Shown piece after piece: positions 47,031 to 60,384 of a DNA stretch of 64,000 bases (position 1 is the stretch's first letter; each line of letters opens with the position of its first letter). Both the position numbers and the translations under genes were made by a program. The notes below the pieces were generated by a model that was not told where the DNA came from, searched no databases, and worked only from the letters and a program-made list of their open reading frames with translations. The DNA lies in NCBI GenBank assembly GCA_013265495.1, contig MU058636.1:1116001-1180000 (forward strand), in the 5' to 3' direction. This DNA comes from Vicugna vicugna (taxonomy: Eukaryota).

Positions 47031-50000
47031 CATGTGAGCTTTGGAAAATATTTTTAATGGTCCACATCTCCCAGGGTGAACTGGATGGTAGTTTCTATCA
47101 CAAACCTTTGTGGAGAAAAGTATTACACACCACGCTGTGGGTGAGGCCCAAATCAAAGATGCAGGCAAAGCTGCAAGTAGTGGTGGAATCCTAGTCAACA
47201 AGTTAGAGAAGCAGGTCCAAAGGCTTCACTACTCCAGGGAAAGGACCAGGCCCTGCCAGAGAGCAGCAGAAAGGACCCTTGAGGGCAGGGACCACAAGCT
47301 GAGAGACAGACAGCAGGTGGTCCTAGAGCAAAGGCCTAAGGCTGAATTTTCCGGCCTGCACCTTTATCTATATATCAATCAACTACCTATTTACTTTAAA
47401 CTTTTGGAAAATGTCAAACCTGCCCTAAGCAGAAAGGATGACGTAACAATGTACTCACTACCCAGCTTCAACAAAATGAGTGTTTCACCTGCTACTCCAC
47501 TATGCCCCCTCCCTGGGCAACGCTGAAATAGCAATTCTGTCCCTGCATCTGTAGCTACCTGGGTGTGGGTCTCTAAAAGACATAGGTTCTTTATTTAGTA
47601 TAACCACAGCACCTCGTCATACCTGAAATGTTAGCAGTCGTCCTTAAGGGTGCTGCCTGGGGACTCATCCCCCAGGGAGGGGAGGGGAGGCCTGGTGCAT
47701 TTAGACAGTCAGCGGGCAGCGGGAGCCCAGGCCCATTCGTCCGACACCACCCCTGCCCCCAGCTCCGCAGGGCGGGCACCGCACAATCGTCACCCACCTG
47801 GTGGGAAGCTGGCAGGCCCGGCACAGGGCTCTGCCCTGGGTAAGTACTGAGAGACCAAAGTCAGGGCTGCAACTCTAGAGGAGTCTTCAAACAGACACAA
47901 AAAACAGCCTAAGAGAAGGCTGTCACGCAGGGAGTTTCAAGCAGAGCCCATGGGGTCCAGGGGTCACTCAGAGGGAGGAAGAAGAGAGGAGAATGAAGGG
48001 CTTTGGCCTCACGACTCAGCCCCGCGTCCACTTCCATCTCTTTCACCCACTGGGCTTTGGAACAAGGTCGTGGGAGGAAACCTTCCCACAGCAAAACAAA
48101 GCTCCCACCGGAGGGCCTCCTCTGCACCTGTGCCGAGCCGTGCAGAGGCGGGAGGGCACGGATCGGGGAGCCCGAGCCCCCGCCTCCACCCGACCTCAGC
48201 CCAGCCACGCGCCCTCAGGCATGGTCTGCAAAGCGAGGGCCAGCCTGGTCTTCGCACGGACTGCATGCCGTTAGGCATGGGGCAGCACCCAGCACGTGTC
48301 GGGTATTTAATACTTTCTCGTTGATATCATCTAAATATATCTGCCGAACTCACGAATACTGAGACGTTTAAAAGACATTATTTTTCAGGAAATTTAGAAA
48401 AAAGTAGCATCCTATTTCTGCATATTGGCGCAGGTTAATTTACATAACTTGCCGTGCGGCTCTCCCCATGACCTAATTCTCCGCCTGTGGAATAAGCTAA
48501 CTCCTGGCAAGCACATTCCAGGCCAGCGATCGCAGCTCCCCCACAGGGTGGGACGGTGGCATTCTTTAGCAAAGGAGGCTCATCCAAGGAATTGGTGTCC
48601 TGAGGATGATGTAGCCGGAGGTAAGGGGACTGAGTGACAGGCGTCCCGGATCCTGGGAACATTTGGTGCCCCTAAGGATGGGATTCTTCCCCAGTATGGA
48701 TCTTTGTTTTATCTTGAGGAAATTAGACTTAGGAACATTTTGAAGTGTGACTCATAGTGACTCCATCTGCATGAAATCAAAGCTCAGAGTGTTAGTCTCC
48801 CAGGGAAAATGTTAAGGGACATTATTTGCTGTGATTCGCCACTGCATATCAAAGAGAAAAGATGGAGGCCAGGGGCCCTTTTTGGAGGTGGGTGAAATGA
48901 GCAGAAAGAGAAAGGTGGGGATGCAGGTGAGGGCAGCGCGGAGTCAGCTCACTGATGCTGCACCACATCCTGGAAGGAGAATCTGTCTTTTGCTGAAACA
49001 CAGCTGAGCTCAGTGGAGACAAACAACAACCTTTCATGTATCTGCGTTTCTTTCCCTTTTAGCGTTCTCCAGCAGAGGCAGGGGTCCTGGCTGCAGGGAT
49101 GGGGTTTTCTGGGTCTTTCCTGCTCCCCAGGAGGGCCCTTCTTCGCTCCCCTGGGGTAATGGGCTGTGACTTTTGCCTGATGAAATAGCCACTGCTTCCC
49201 AGCTCACCAGAACAACAAAACCTGGCTCCTGGCACAGAAATGGTCAACCCCCCCCCCCGCCCTCCATTACAAAAACAGGAATGAAATGTCTGCCCGGCAC
49301 TTGGCAGCTCAGAATTCTGACTGAGCGAGTTACTTTAATCCTCTGTTGTCATGGAGATGCGGAAATAGGGGCCTCCAAATCTGAGCGTACACAGGTGAAA
49401 CCACAAAGACAAGGCAGTTGGTTTGAACTGATGATTTTCTCTGGTCCTCTGATGTTAAAATTCAGGCTGGGGAGGACCCCCGCTCCACACACATCACACA
49501 CAGACCCACTCAGATGTGCTGACACCAGACCACTGTGCTCACCAGCCTGAATATGCCCACCCTGAACCATCATAAATCTTTCCTCCTCATTTCTTCAAAC
49601 ATGCTCCGTTGCACTTGACTGATTTTAATAGAGGGCTTCTGTGACGGGGTCCCAGTTCCCTGAATGCTGCGGGTCCCTGATTTCAAAGGAGCCCCCGATT
49701 CTGTCTAACCTTTTCTCAAACAAGGGACAACAAGAGAATTCCAAGCTCCTGCACAGAACGTTCTCTTCAGACACTGAAATTCATTCCTAGGAGCACGGGG
49801 TGGTAGGAGGGTTCTGTCTTGGGAAAAGAGGGCAGATTCACCACCTCTCGGAGACAGCATTTGTTTCCAAAGGGCAGTCCTGTTACAGCATGTCCATCCC
49901 TCAGGTGCCCAGGTGAGGCTGGACCAGGGACCTGGGAGACAGAAGGCAGACCCGAAGGTCTAAATGAAGCTGAGGATGCCCACCAGAGGTTGGCCGGGGA

Positions 50001-50549
50001 CAGGGTCTGGGAGGTAAGGATGTGCCCACAACCATCCTGGGTCGATGATCTGACGGGCAGGGAGGCAGTCATAGAAAACAGGCTCAGATTCTAATCTCAA
50101 ACCCAACCAGGTTTAGATGCAGCTTCACTCCTGTCAATTACAGGATGCCACGGGCAAGTCTGGAAACCAAGGGCACAGGCTGGTGGGCTGGTCCTGGCAT
50201 TCCTGCCTCTCAACTGTGTTTATACTTTGATGGGACTGGTCCTGATGCTGTGAGTGACATAAACAAGAAAAATGCCTCAATCTCATAGGAGCGTGTCATT
50301 CACTGAGACAGACAGAGGATCAGTTAGTATTCTGTGATGGATGCAGCACGTGGAGACACCAGGTGGTGGCCTCGCTGTTCTCCACATCCCAACTCACCTC
50401 GGTACTCAGCTCTAGTCTCTGTCCTCAAGTCCGCCCTCCCCTTCAAGAGGTTCTTTGTCCATTGAGTCATTCCCCCAACCCCCAGATGTTTCAGCGGCAG
50501 GTCAGCACCACCCTGCTCCATGGCGCTCTCTGTCCCCTTGGAATCTCCC

Positions 50550-51880
50550 AGTGCTGTCCCATCGTGACCTGTGACCTCAGCATCCCATCCGCACACGGAC
50601 CCCTCCCTCCAGCCTTTCTCACTGCCGGTATCTTTATTCTTCCATCCCATCACCACATGCCATCCTCAACAAGCCACCTCTGGCTTCCGTTCCTTCCCAT
50701 CACCCAGAGCCCACGTCAACCTCTGTGACTTTGCTCTCCCCAGCTCCCTAAGCTTTCTTGACCTCCATCACACCTGCCCTAAGGAACCCTGACCTTAAGG
50801 CCAGCCAGCCACTTGCTCCTCAGCCCTTTGCCCAGGCCCCTGAGTCCTGCTGGAGAAGATGCCGCCGCACACTGGTCCCACCACCCAGCTGGGCTCTCGG
50901 TGCAGCCTCCTCCATCAGCTCCCTCCACCCGCCCCAAAACGCTCCTTCCTGCTGTCTATGTCCCCACATCCTCCATCCCAAGTCCTTCCTCTCTTCACTT
51001 CTAGCAGACAACCTTACCTTCCATTTTACTGAGAAAATGATGGTCACGGACAAGGACATCTAAGCAGCCCCTCCCAGGGAGTCTTACAGATTTACTCCCA
51101 CGCACACCACCTGGGCCTCCCTCCCGGGCCGGGTCGGGGGTGGGGAGGTGCACGTCTGCTGCTAAGGTTCATCCTCCCACCTGCACTTTGGGACTCACCC
51201 CTTAGTGCTTCCTCAAAGACCTTGTTCAAGCAACCGCTCTGGTGCTGTTTTCTGAGGCTGGAATCCTCCCTCCCTGAAGTCTCTTTCTTCAAAGCCTTAG
51301 AACATTCTTGCCTCTTCCACCTTTGAGAAAAACCAAACCACCCCAATCCCAAACCCCCCTCCAGCTGCCATTCATTCTTAAGTACCTTTCTTCTCACTGC
51401 AAACCACGCTCCTGAAATTGCAGCTTCTAAATATTATCAGTGGTTTCCGTCTCCTCTCTGTACTTTCTCCCCTTGCTACATAAGTAACACCCTTGCCTTG
51501 TGTTCAGCACGAATGATAGAGCCTCAGTTGGAAACCACGTCTTCCCTTGGCCTCCAAGATGCCTCCCCTTCTAAGGCTTCCTGCTACCTCTCTGGCCACT
51601 TCTTGAAGATGCTCTGTGTGGGTTTCTCCTTCTCTGTTCACTCTTAAGTATCAATGCCTATAAGTTTCCCTTTGACCCTTTGCTTTTCTTACTCTATGCA
51701 GGGAGGAGGACTTTTCTTACTCTAAAGTAATTTGTGTACTTTCTTGAGTGATTTTTCCAAGCCCGAGCTCTAGCTGACACTTATATTCTGATACCCCTGA
51801 GTCCCGGCCTCCAGCTCCGATCACTTGTCTGGACCTAAATCTTCATTTGCACCTTCTCTTGAATGTCTACAAACACCCCA
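50550..51880 (+). mobile_element. Long L2 ORF2-region remnant
   Basis: C/T-rich tract with L2 landmarks ctgctggagaa, gcagacaaccttaccttccattttactgagaaaat, cttcccttggcctccaagat and cctgctacctctctggccact. Confidence 0.65.
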
Positions 51881-52674
51881 CTCGTTCATAGACCCTGGAT
51901 TGGATCGTGGGGGATGAAAGAGGTCTCTAAATTATTGGGTTGTTAGTGCCTGAGTTCATAAGGCTTTGAGATCTTTATTAGCTATATTCATTTGATCTGC
52001 TTTGCCACTGGTCTATGGATCCCATTTTAATTCCGCCTTTCGATACACCCATGTCCAAGAAAGCAACGAGAGACCCGGGATCAGCATCAGAATGTGTCGT
52101 CTGGGATACTGATCTTACACCTTAGGCTACGATAAACAGGGTGGCCACGTTCCTGTCAGCAGAGAGGCAATCTGACCTGGACTGAGCAAAGCTCTTCAAA
52201 TTGACTAACAGAAATCAAGAGCAAACCCTGTGCGGTCTGAGCCTGATAAGGAGTCATTCTACAGGAATCCGGGCAGACATGAATCCTAGTACATCAGACA
52301 CGGACAAGCTGTCTCTCACGGAGGTTATCCAAGCATCGTCTGGGAGTTTCAGCTCAGGGGCCTCTGTCCACCCACCAAAAGTGCCAAGCAGGGCAGCTGT
52401 GCCTGGTTTGCAATTCCAAGGACGGTAAACATGTGCTCCCCGACTTTGTGCAGAGAAAATGAGTTTCTGCAGTAGGAAAAATTTTTAAAAGATGCGAAAA
52501 ATTAATTAATTTTGCTGCTCACTTTTTAGTTCTCAAGTGTGGATAAAAAGATGAAGGTGACTTTTTTAATTAGGGAGGAATTTGGAATTCTCTGACTGGA
52601 ATATTAATTTCAATCCAAAAAAACAGCTCTGAAATGGAAAGACACTATTTTAGGCAGCGTGGTTTTTTTCCCAC

Positions 52675-53040
52675 TGACTTTTCAAAAACTTTCAAGCTTA
52701 CAGAAAAATGAGCAGAATTGTTTGGTGAACCCCTGGATCTCCTTCGTCTAATTTCACCAATTTTTAACATTCTACAGTGGACTGGGTTGTTAATTTGTGT
52801 GTTTCTTTCTCTTTTCTTTTATTGCCTAAAGCTTTATTTATTTTTATTTATCTTTTATAAATTGAAGCACAGTTGATTTGCGATACTGTGTTAGTTACAG
52901 GTGTCCAGCAAAGTGATTCAATTACGCAGGCAGAAGTACACATCTGTGTTCTGTTTCCCATTCTTCCCCATTACAGTTCATTACAAGACATTGAATATAG
53001 TTCCCTGTGCTCCACAGTAAACCCTTGTTGTTTAATCTGT
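52675..53040 (-). mobile_element. Two L1 3'-end fragments (old L1MC/ME-like at about 52675-52775; younger at about 52830-53040)
   Basis: tttcaagcttacagaaaaa...ttcaccaatttttaacatt; and ttgaagcacagttgattt...ttacaagacattgaatatagttccctgtgct, related to 11354-12048. Confidence 0.7.
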
Positions 53041-55174
53041 GTGTTTCTTGACAGTCTTGGCAATTTTGGCATTCATTTATCGTTCAATCAATTTAAAACA
53101 AATTCTTATCAAGAACGAGCCCACAGGGGCCAGACGCTGGCCAGGCCCAGAGACACGGCGGCGACAGGGACACAGAAGTCCCTGTCCTAGTGAGGCTTAG
53201 GTTCATCTAGTAGGGAAGACAGGCGGAAAATAAACAGAAATAATATACATTTGAGTTGGGAAAAGGACTTAACAGATTTAGTTTCAAACGCCAGGCCAAC
53301 TAGCTTTGAAATTTAGTCATATTTTTCAGGAAGTCTGTAAAGTCACCTTTACAGTCGGAAGCCCACCTTTGCAAAGTGAGCCTCCCCTGAGCTGCGCCCC
53401 AGCCAGGCCATGGAACACGGAGGCGGCTCCTGGGAGGGCAGGCCCTGGACACGGCTGGCTGGTGGCAGGAGGGAGTCGTGGCTCCACGTGTTCAAGGCTG
53501 GGCCTGCACAAATGCAGGGAGGAGGGCCAAAGTGTAGAGGAAGCTCTGGGTGGGGAAAGACGGGGTAGTGGGTGACAGTCAAGGACCCCAGGTCCCTGAG
53601 AAAGTGCAGAGGACTGAGAAGCAGAGCCAGGGAGAAATCAGCGTGGGGGGGACACACCCACATCACCCTCTGTGCAAGGCCAGGGGTGGGAGTGGGGACA
53701 GGGGGGAAAGGCTGGGAGTGGCTGGCAGCTCCCTGGACTTGGGGACGGGAGCTCTGAGAGTCCCCCACCTCTTGTGCATTCAGGAGAGGAGAAAGGGGTG
53801 GGCTCAGGGGAGGAGAGTGGGAACAGCTGGGCGCATACACCGTGGAGTATCTGTGAGGGAGGTGGCACCTCTGGCACGCAGAAAATCATTCTTGATGGAA
53901 TCTGCACATGTCATTTGGGGAACTCCCTCCTGCTTTTTAATGGAAGGGAATTAAAAATAAAAAGCCCCGTTCCCACCTCGCGCCAGCCTCCCTCCGAAGT
54001 TGCAATGACAGCAGCTCCTGTTCTTGTCAGAAACATGGATGGTGACTGCAGCCCTGGGTGCCCCTCGGGCATGGTCCCTGGCAGGGAGGACACAGGGCGA
54101 GGGGCTGAGCTCGGGCCACAGGGCGGGGAGTGACACCAGTCCAGCGTGAGGCAGAGACCGGCTTCCATTTTCCAACAGAGCGCGGGCTCCCTGGAGCCTT
54201 CTGCCCAGCAGCAACGAAAATTATAGCTTATTACAAAGGGAAGCCCCGAAGGACCACGGAGTGCAGCCTGTGTAAATGCTTAATTAGAGGGAGCTTTAAA
54301 AACCCTCTTCGCGGCTGGTCGATTCAAAGGTGTGAGAAAGTCTGTATTTAGCCCTCCCTCCAGTCCCAGGCAGCTCACTAACAAGGAAAGGAAAGGCTCT
54401 AAATTTTAGCTGCCTTTCCTTCAGCCAAGCTCTGTAGCTTGATCACAAAAAACATTTCCACTTAATTTCCAGCATAGCCTTTCCTCTGACCCACGTGTAG
54501 GGAGGAGGCAGAGGGGGAGCGCGGCTGGGATGATGGTACTGGAGGACCATCCACCGTAGGAATCCCCGTGCCCCACTCTCTCATCCCAGGTCCACTGGAA
54601 ACGATCTACTCCAGTGACGGGTCAGACAATCACGCCAGATACTTGAAGACCCAGAGATAAGAGAAGGAACTTCCTGCCCCCAAAGCCAACTTAGCTTTTA
54701 ACTAACTATGCCGTACGGACTCCCAGGGTGGAAAAGATGGGCTTAAGAAGAACAGTGTGTGTATGAGCTCCTGGTTCAGACTGACAGGAAGTTCTCTTCA
54801 TCATTAAAGATACATGGGGTGGGGTGCCTGCTATGCCCCAGGCTGGGTTGGGTGGTATTTCAGAGCAGAGTAAGATATGTTCCCACCTGCAGGAGCCCAG
54901 AGTCCCCAGATTTATCTGGCATCCCCTTGGTGGAGCGAGCGCTGTACTGTGGAGGAATGTGAGAGTCCCTGCCTGCAAGGAGCTTCCCCGGGAAGAGAAG
55001 GCATCCGGCAGAAACGGCCACAATCAAGCTGACACCTGCTGTGCCTGCTCATCAGACACTAGAGCGCAGGAGTGGACGGGCTTCCCAGGGTGACACAGGA
55101 AGAGGGGTGGGAGGCCCAGCTGCTGGGCGAGGGCCCCTGCAGCCAGTCAGCCACGGCCGGATGACGCGTCTGCG

Positions 55175-55312
55175 CCTCCTGGGCAGCGACGGAATTATTA
55201 GGTGTCTTGATTGTGACAGTGCTTTCATCAGTGTAAACATCTCTCAAAATTCATCAAATTGTACATCTGAAACGTGTAGTTTACTTACAGAGATTATACC
55301 ACAATAAAGTTT
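55175..55312 (+). mobile_element. Old L1 3' terminal fragment
   Basis: tcttgattgtgacagtg...tcaaaattcatcaaattgtaca...attataccacaataaagtt. Confidence 0.65.
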
Positions 55313-55649
55313 TTTTTTTTAAAAGACGTATCTAGTAGGACCATGGAGGGCCCCCGCTAAAGTTGTCCCCCTCTGGGCTCATTCCACATGACATGATGGA
55401 GAAATGACGGCCACGCAGCCTGACTCTGCTGCTCACAGCTGCTCGACCTTGACTAAGGAGCTGGGCTTCCATATTTGTTTCATCATCCACAGTGAGAAAG
55501 TAGGGTGTGAGGTGCCCCTTTAAAGCCCTGGTCGTTTGGCCCACAGGAAACCGCAGACCCATCCTCGAACGTTATCTTGGAAGGCAGAAGTTCACTGGAC
55601 CTGCTGATTATGTCACACATAGAGTCAAGAAAGTCCCCGAGGATTTAGG

Positions 55650-57220
55650 GCAGAAAGATCAAACATGGGATAAAATGTGAGAGAGAAGTTGAAAGAGGTT
55701 TAATTCAGGATACCCAACATCTGTCTGAGGAAATGGAAAGACGTCAGTCACTGAGAGACAAAAACTCCCTTCACTGAAGAAATACAGGAGCTTTCACCTT
55801 AAAAGGACCCACTGAGAACGAGGCAATTTTAACGAAAAACCAACCACCCAATCACATCTAACTTCACCCTGGTAAAACTATGGGACTCCAACAACAGAGA
55901 GAAAGAGTGAAAGCTTCCAGAGGAAGGAAAGCAAGTGGCTTACATAAAAACAAGAACAAACAGTCCCCAGTCACCTTGTCAATGACAACAAGCAATTCCT
56001 TCAATGTCAGGGGAGTTACTTTGAACCTGGAATTGCACTGCCAGTCAAATTATCAACCAAAGGGTATCTCAGTGGCCAACAGACACCTGCATAGGTGCTC
56101 AACCTCATTACTTGTCAGAGAAGTGCAAACTAAACCCACAGTGAGATACTCACTAGGGCGGCTAAATTACAAGGACTGACAGTAGCGAGTGCCGAGAGAT
56201 GGGCTGACAGCGACTCCCTCCCTTTGCTGGCAGAAGTGTGAACGGCTCGGCCCTTGCGGAAAACCGTTTGATGGTATCTGCCATATAGCCGAGAGACATT
56301 CACAAAGAGATGTAAAGATGCTCACAGCAGGTTTATTTGCAGTAGCCAAAATCTGGAAACAATCCAAATGTCCACCAACAGAATAGAGAAGCTCCTGGCC
56401 ACACAGCAACTTTAAAAGCACACACTGCTGAGGTACACAACAGTGTGGAATTTCATCACTAACAAAAAGGCAGCTACGGGGCAGAAACGGAGTGATTCAA
56501 TTTGTACGAAGTTCTAGAACAGGTACAGAGACCACGGCTACCAGCTGCACTGTTCTCTGCCGGTGCCGCTGCCGCTGCCCCAGAGAGGGCACCAGGGGAC
56601 TTTCCGGGTGATGGGAAAGCTCTGTATCTTAAGATGGGTGGTGATTACATACAACAAGTCATCCTGCTGTACACTTAAGATTTCTTTTCTTTACGAACAC
56701 AGATTATATCTCAGTAACTAAAAAAAAAAGTAAAAAGCAAAAAACTGTCAAACAAATGGGAGAAAAAGACATTTGAGGGGATGCAAACCCCCAGCAGGAG
56801 TCATGCATTTTCACCAACTTTATACAAACAAAATTATTTCTGGATCCACCTCAGCAAAATATTTTAAAGGAATCAAAGAAGGAGAATGATTAGGAAAAAG
56901 CAAGCAGCAATCACTGAGTTAGGTAGGGACCAAAGGAGACCCTTTTAACTTTATGCTTGGATGCTTCTCCTCTGAGTGGCAAGATTCTGAAGATAAAAAG
57001 TGTTTTTTCTTCTCTGGAGGCTTAACAACACTCTCATTTATGCAATCTTATAATTTTTATAATTATGTTATAATTTTTATATAATTATCACTTAAAATAA
57101 CTTTCATAATCATAATATGATGGATCTATTTATGCAATTTCAATGTTTCAAGCCCAATTAAAGACGAAGCATGAAAGACACGTTTAGTTGCAAAACTGAT
57201 GCAAAGCCTCACTATAAAGA
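55650..57220 (+). mobile_element. Composite old L1: HAL1/L1ME-like remnant interrupted by an L1MC-like ORF2 end and 3' UTR (about 56065-56745)
   Basis: ORF1-like tttgaacctggaattgcactgccagtcaaattatca. The ORF2 C-terminal peptide KMLTAGLFAVAKIWKQSKCP appears in ORF 56189-56386. A-rich tail at about 56720. Confidence 0.6.
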
Positions 57221-57536
57221 GGCCTGAGTCATTCTTGACCCCGTGGCAGGTGGCAGGCTCCGGAAGGCTTTCAGGGTTCCTGACGGGGCTTCAGATGTGC
57301 AGTTTCCCGGGGCTGTGGACTGCGAGATGCTTCTGTACAGGTACAGGCGCCAGCATCTGCTTGTACTACGTGAGGACAGAACTGACGGGACACCCTCTGG
57401 CCCACGCTTGGGTAGGAGCACGAGGAACCGGTTTCCTCACCGCCGCTTCCATTAAATTGCTGGCCCCGGGTGCTGACAGGTGGGTTAGAGTGCTTCTTAA
57501 GAGAGCCAAATACACCAAGCCCTTATCCCAGTCCTT

Positions 57537-57760
57537 CAGTCAGCGTTTCTCAACGTGGGGCCACAGATCATCTCTGTCCCGCAATTACCCGGGGCTTTGC
57601 TAGTTTGGGAGACACAGCTTTTCCAGGACCCACCCCAAACACAGCGCCTTCAGATCTCTAGGCACAGTGGTGGGGAGTTGGTGTTTCAAACCAATGTATT
57701 TTGCACAGGAGTTTGCGACCTGTAAGCGCTGGGCTGAATGCATTCTGAGCCCACAACTTT
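57537..57760. mobile_element. MER5-like hAT-Charlie remnant
   Basis: cagcgtttctcaacgtgggg terminus and ccaggacccacccca. Confidence 0.4.
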
Positions 57761-58069
57761 AAACTCTGGGGATTCAGCTGTCCATCCGTTTCCGAGGGAG
57801 TGTCACGAGGGAAGAATGACAGATGGATGCGAAAGCCACACTGAATAAGCATGTTGGGCGACCACTTTCTCCCACCGCGGGGCTGCTCTAAGGCACCTGG
57901 GGGGCACTTCCATAGGGTTTCATTTACACAGTCTGACTCCTGTTTTGAGGGCGCACAGACTGCATCATGGACGGTGCCCCTTCTTGGCACAGCTCCCACC
58001 CATCCTTCCCTTCCTCTCCCAACTGCCGGCCACCACCTGTGACGCACCTGATTACTCTCCTCTCCGCCC

Positions 58070-58256
58070 TCGGTCCTCCACCTGGGCTGCACAGCACACC
58101 CACCAGAGGAGCGTTGGAAAAAAACCCACAGCCCCAGGTCACAACCCAGTACAACCCCGTCTGAATTTTTCGGGGTGGGGCCCGAGTACCAATAGTTTTC
58201 CAATATTTTTAAAGCTCAGGCGATTCCAACGTGCAACCAAAGTTGAGACCACAGCT
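58070..58256. mobile_element. MER5A1-like hAT-Charlie MITE
   Basis: ggctgcaca...ggggtggggcccg...tttttaaagctcaggcgattccaacgtgcaaccaaagttgagaccacag. Confidence 0.65.
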
Positions 58257-59959
58257 CTGAGGGAGCGTTTACCCCATTTCTAATGACTCCCAGCCCATCG
58301 GCATTTGGGGCAGTGGTTCTGCCTCCAGGCTCTTCCCATCGGTGGGGTACATGGTCCCACATCTCTGTGCATCCCCTGAGCGCAGACACCCCTCAGGATA
58401 CCTGCACTACCCCGGTGCAGCCTTGACGTAACAAAACATTACTTAACAGGTGATCCATGTTGGATGATGACAAACTGACCACATCGGACCTATGGAAAGT
58501 GTGGAGGTCAGGTGCGCTTGGAGATGGGGGCCCAGGTGAGTGCAGGCTGTGTGTCCTTTCCGTGAAGCCTGTTGTACGCCCCTGCCTGGGAAGTGCAGGA
58601 ACCCGGAGGGGCCACACAGCTCAGAGCTGAGGTCCCTTGCCTCTCTGGTTTCTGGCATCTTTCACTGAACCCCCAGAGTCAAAGGTGATCTGAGCCGCTT
58701 GCTTCTTTAGAACATTAACAAGCAGAGCTTAGCAACTGCACAGCTCTTGTCCAGTCTGTCTGGGAAACAAGTCCCTGTGTGTGTGTTACGTGGGACCAGG
58801 TGGTCCCTCCAACCTGAGCTGTGGGAACCCACAGAAGGAAGAAACAAGGCTGTACGTGAAAACCAAATGTTAGAATTATGAGTCAAGCTAACACACAATT
58901 TGTGAGCTACTTAGAAGCATTATGACCTAGTGATTTTTTTTTCAGCTTTCACTGGGGTTGGCAAATCCCCATAAATGCAAGTCTTAGGTAATTTGGCTTC
59001 GCATTTCAGAATAATGTGTACTGCCCACAATTAACACCGTGGACTTCTGTTACTGATCCCAGGGCTTGTCGCGGTCAGCAAGTGGGCAGGGATCACAAGG
59101 TAACCTTCCAGCCTGTCCCTGAGCCTGCAGGCTATTGCTTTCTGGAACGAAACATGAAGCCTCATCCCGCGAGCATCCCTCTGGCAACCACCAAGGTCTC
59201 CTACCAAGAGTAAGCCTTAATGTCACTTCCCGTGGTGGCCGGCCTGCGAAGCTCACTGGCATCGCGCCTCGTGGTTTTGCGCAGAGGCAGCACAGGGACG
59301 TCATCACTGCCGCCCAGACACTCTGCAGCCCTGTAGTGCCCGCCCCTTCCCCGGGCAGGGGCGTGTCCCATTAGGAATGAGGTTGTGGCTGCGCATCCTA
59401 ATTAAAGACCAGAGGAATTATTTTGTGTTTACTGTAGCATCAGCTGCAAAGGCAGTAACCAACTTACGCCAGCCTCCTCCTGTTTTTCAAGTGTTGAGAA
59501 ACGTGAAGTGTGGCAGGGCCGTGGCTGGGATGGTTTTGTCTCAGGGATGGTTCTGAGGATTCGTGGTGGCTGCCTGGATCACTCACAAGTCTGATCATCA
59601 GGCTGAGTCTGGGCTTGGCTGACGAGAGCTCAAGATGAATTAGTCATGTCTGCCATGAGAGCAGTCACGGGGACAGTGGGTGGATGTGTAATATCCAACT
59701 GAATTTGTCGCGTAGATTCCACAGTGTGTCCTGTGATCGCTGCAACCCAACCCCACTCCCATCTCCTTTATGAAAATATTCCAGACTTCCCTCATTAGAT
59801 GAAACTGAATTCTTACTCACTGACTGTCCACTCAAAGCAAAGAGCAGTCAAAGAAGCAGGAATCATGAAGATGTCTGTGATGATGTGAAATTCCTCAGCG
59901 GGGCCATGCTGGCCATTCAAGGAGGGGCGTGACGCAGTCGGGGAGGGAGGCGTGGGATT

Positions 59960-60100
59960 CATATCTGAATCCCATCCCATCACTGGCTGAGCGCCCTTGA
60001 GCTGGTTACTGGACATCTCTGAGTTTCCGTTTCTCCATTCCTACCTTCCTGAATGGTTGTGACAGTTAGAGCCCATGTGGGCCAAGTTCCAGGAATTACG
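59960..60100 (+). mobile_element. MIR fragment
   Basis: tgaatccc...ccttgagctggttactggacatctctgagtttccgtttctcca. Confidence 0.45.
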
Positions 60101-60384
60101 CTAAGTCTGAGAAGGAGGACAGAGCCCTGAATGGTTGAGGATGGAGCACTCCGGTTAACTACTCTCCCCACCATAACTGAGTGACCGCTTTTCTCTGGGA
60201 CCTGAGGTGCACAATGGGGAGAACCCATGGGTTACCAGTCAGAAGCCCGTGGTCCACGTTCCAGCCACACTGGGTCTCCTTCAGCAAAACGCAGCAGATG
60301 ATAACATGCCCACCGTTAGGATGATTTTTCACCAGAAAACCTTCCCGATTCCCAGAAGTCGCTCAAAAGTGATACATCAAACCT

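Noticed and set aside
58097..58116. CTCF-like ccaccagaggagcg
   Set aside because: It mismatches the near-invariant GGC core and lies inside a MER5 remnant.
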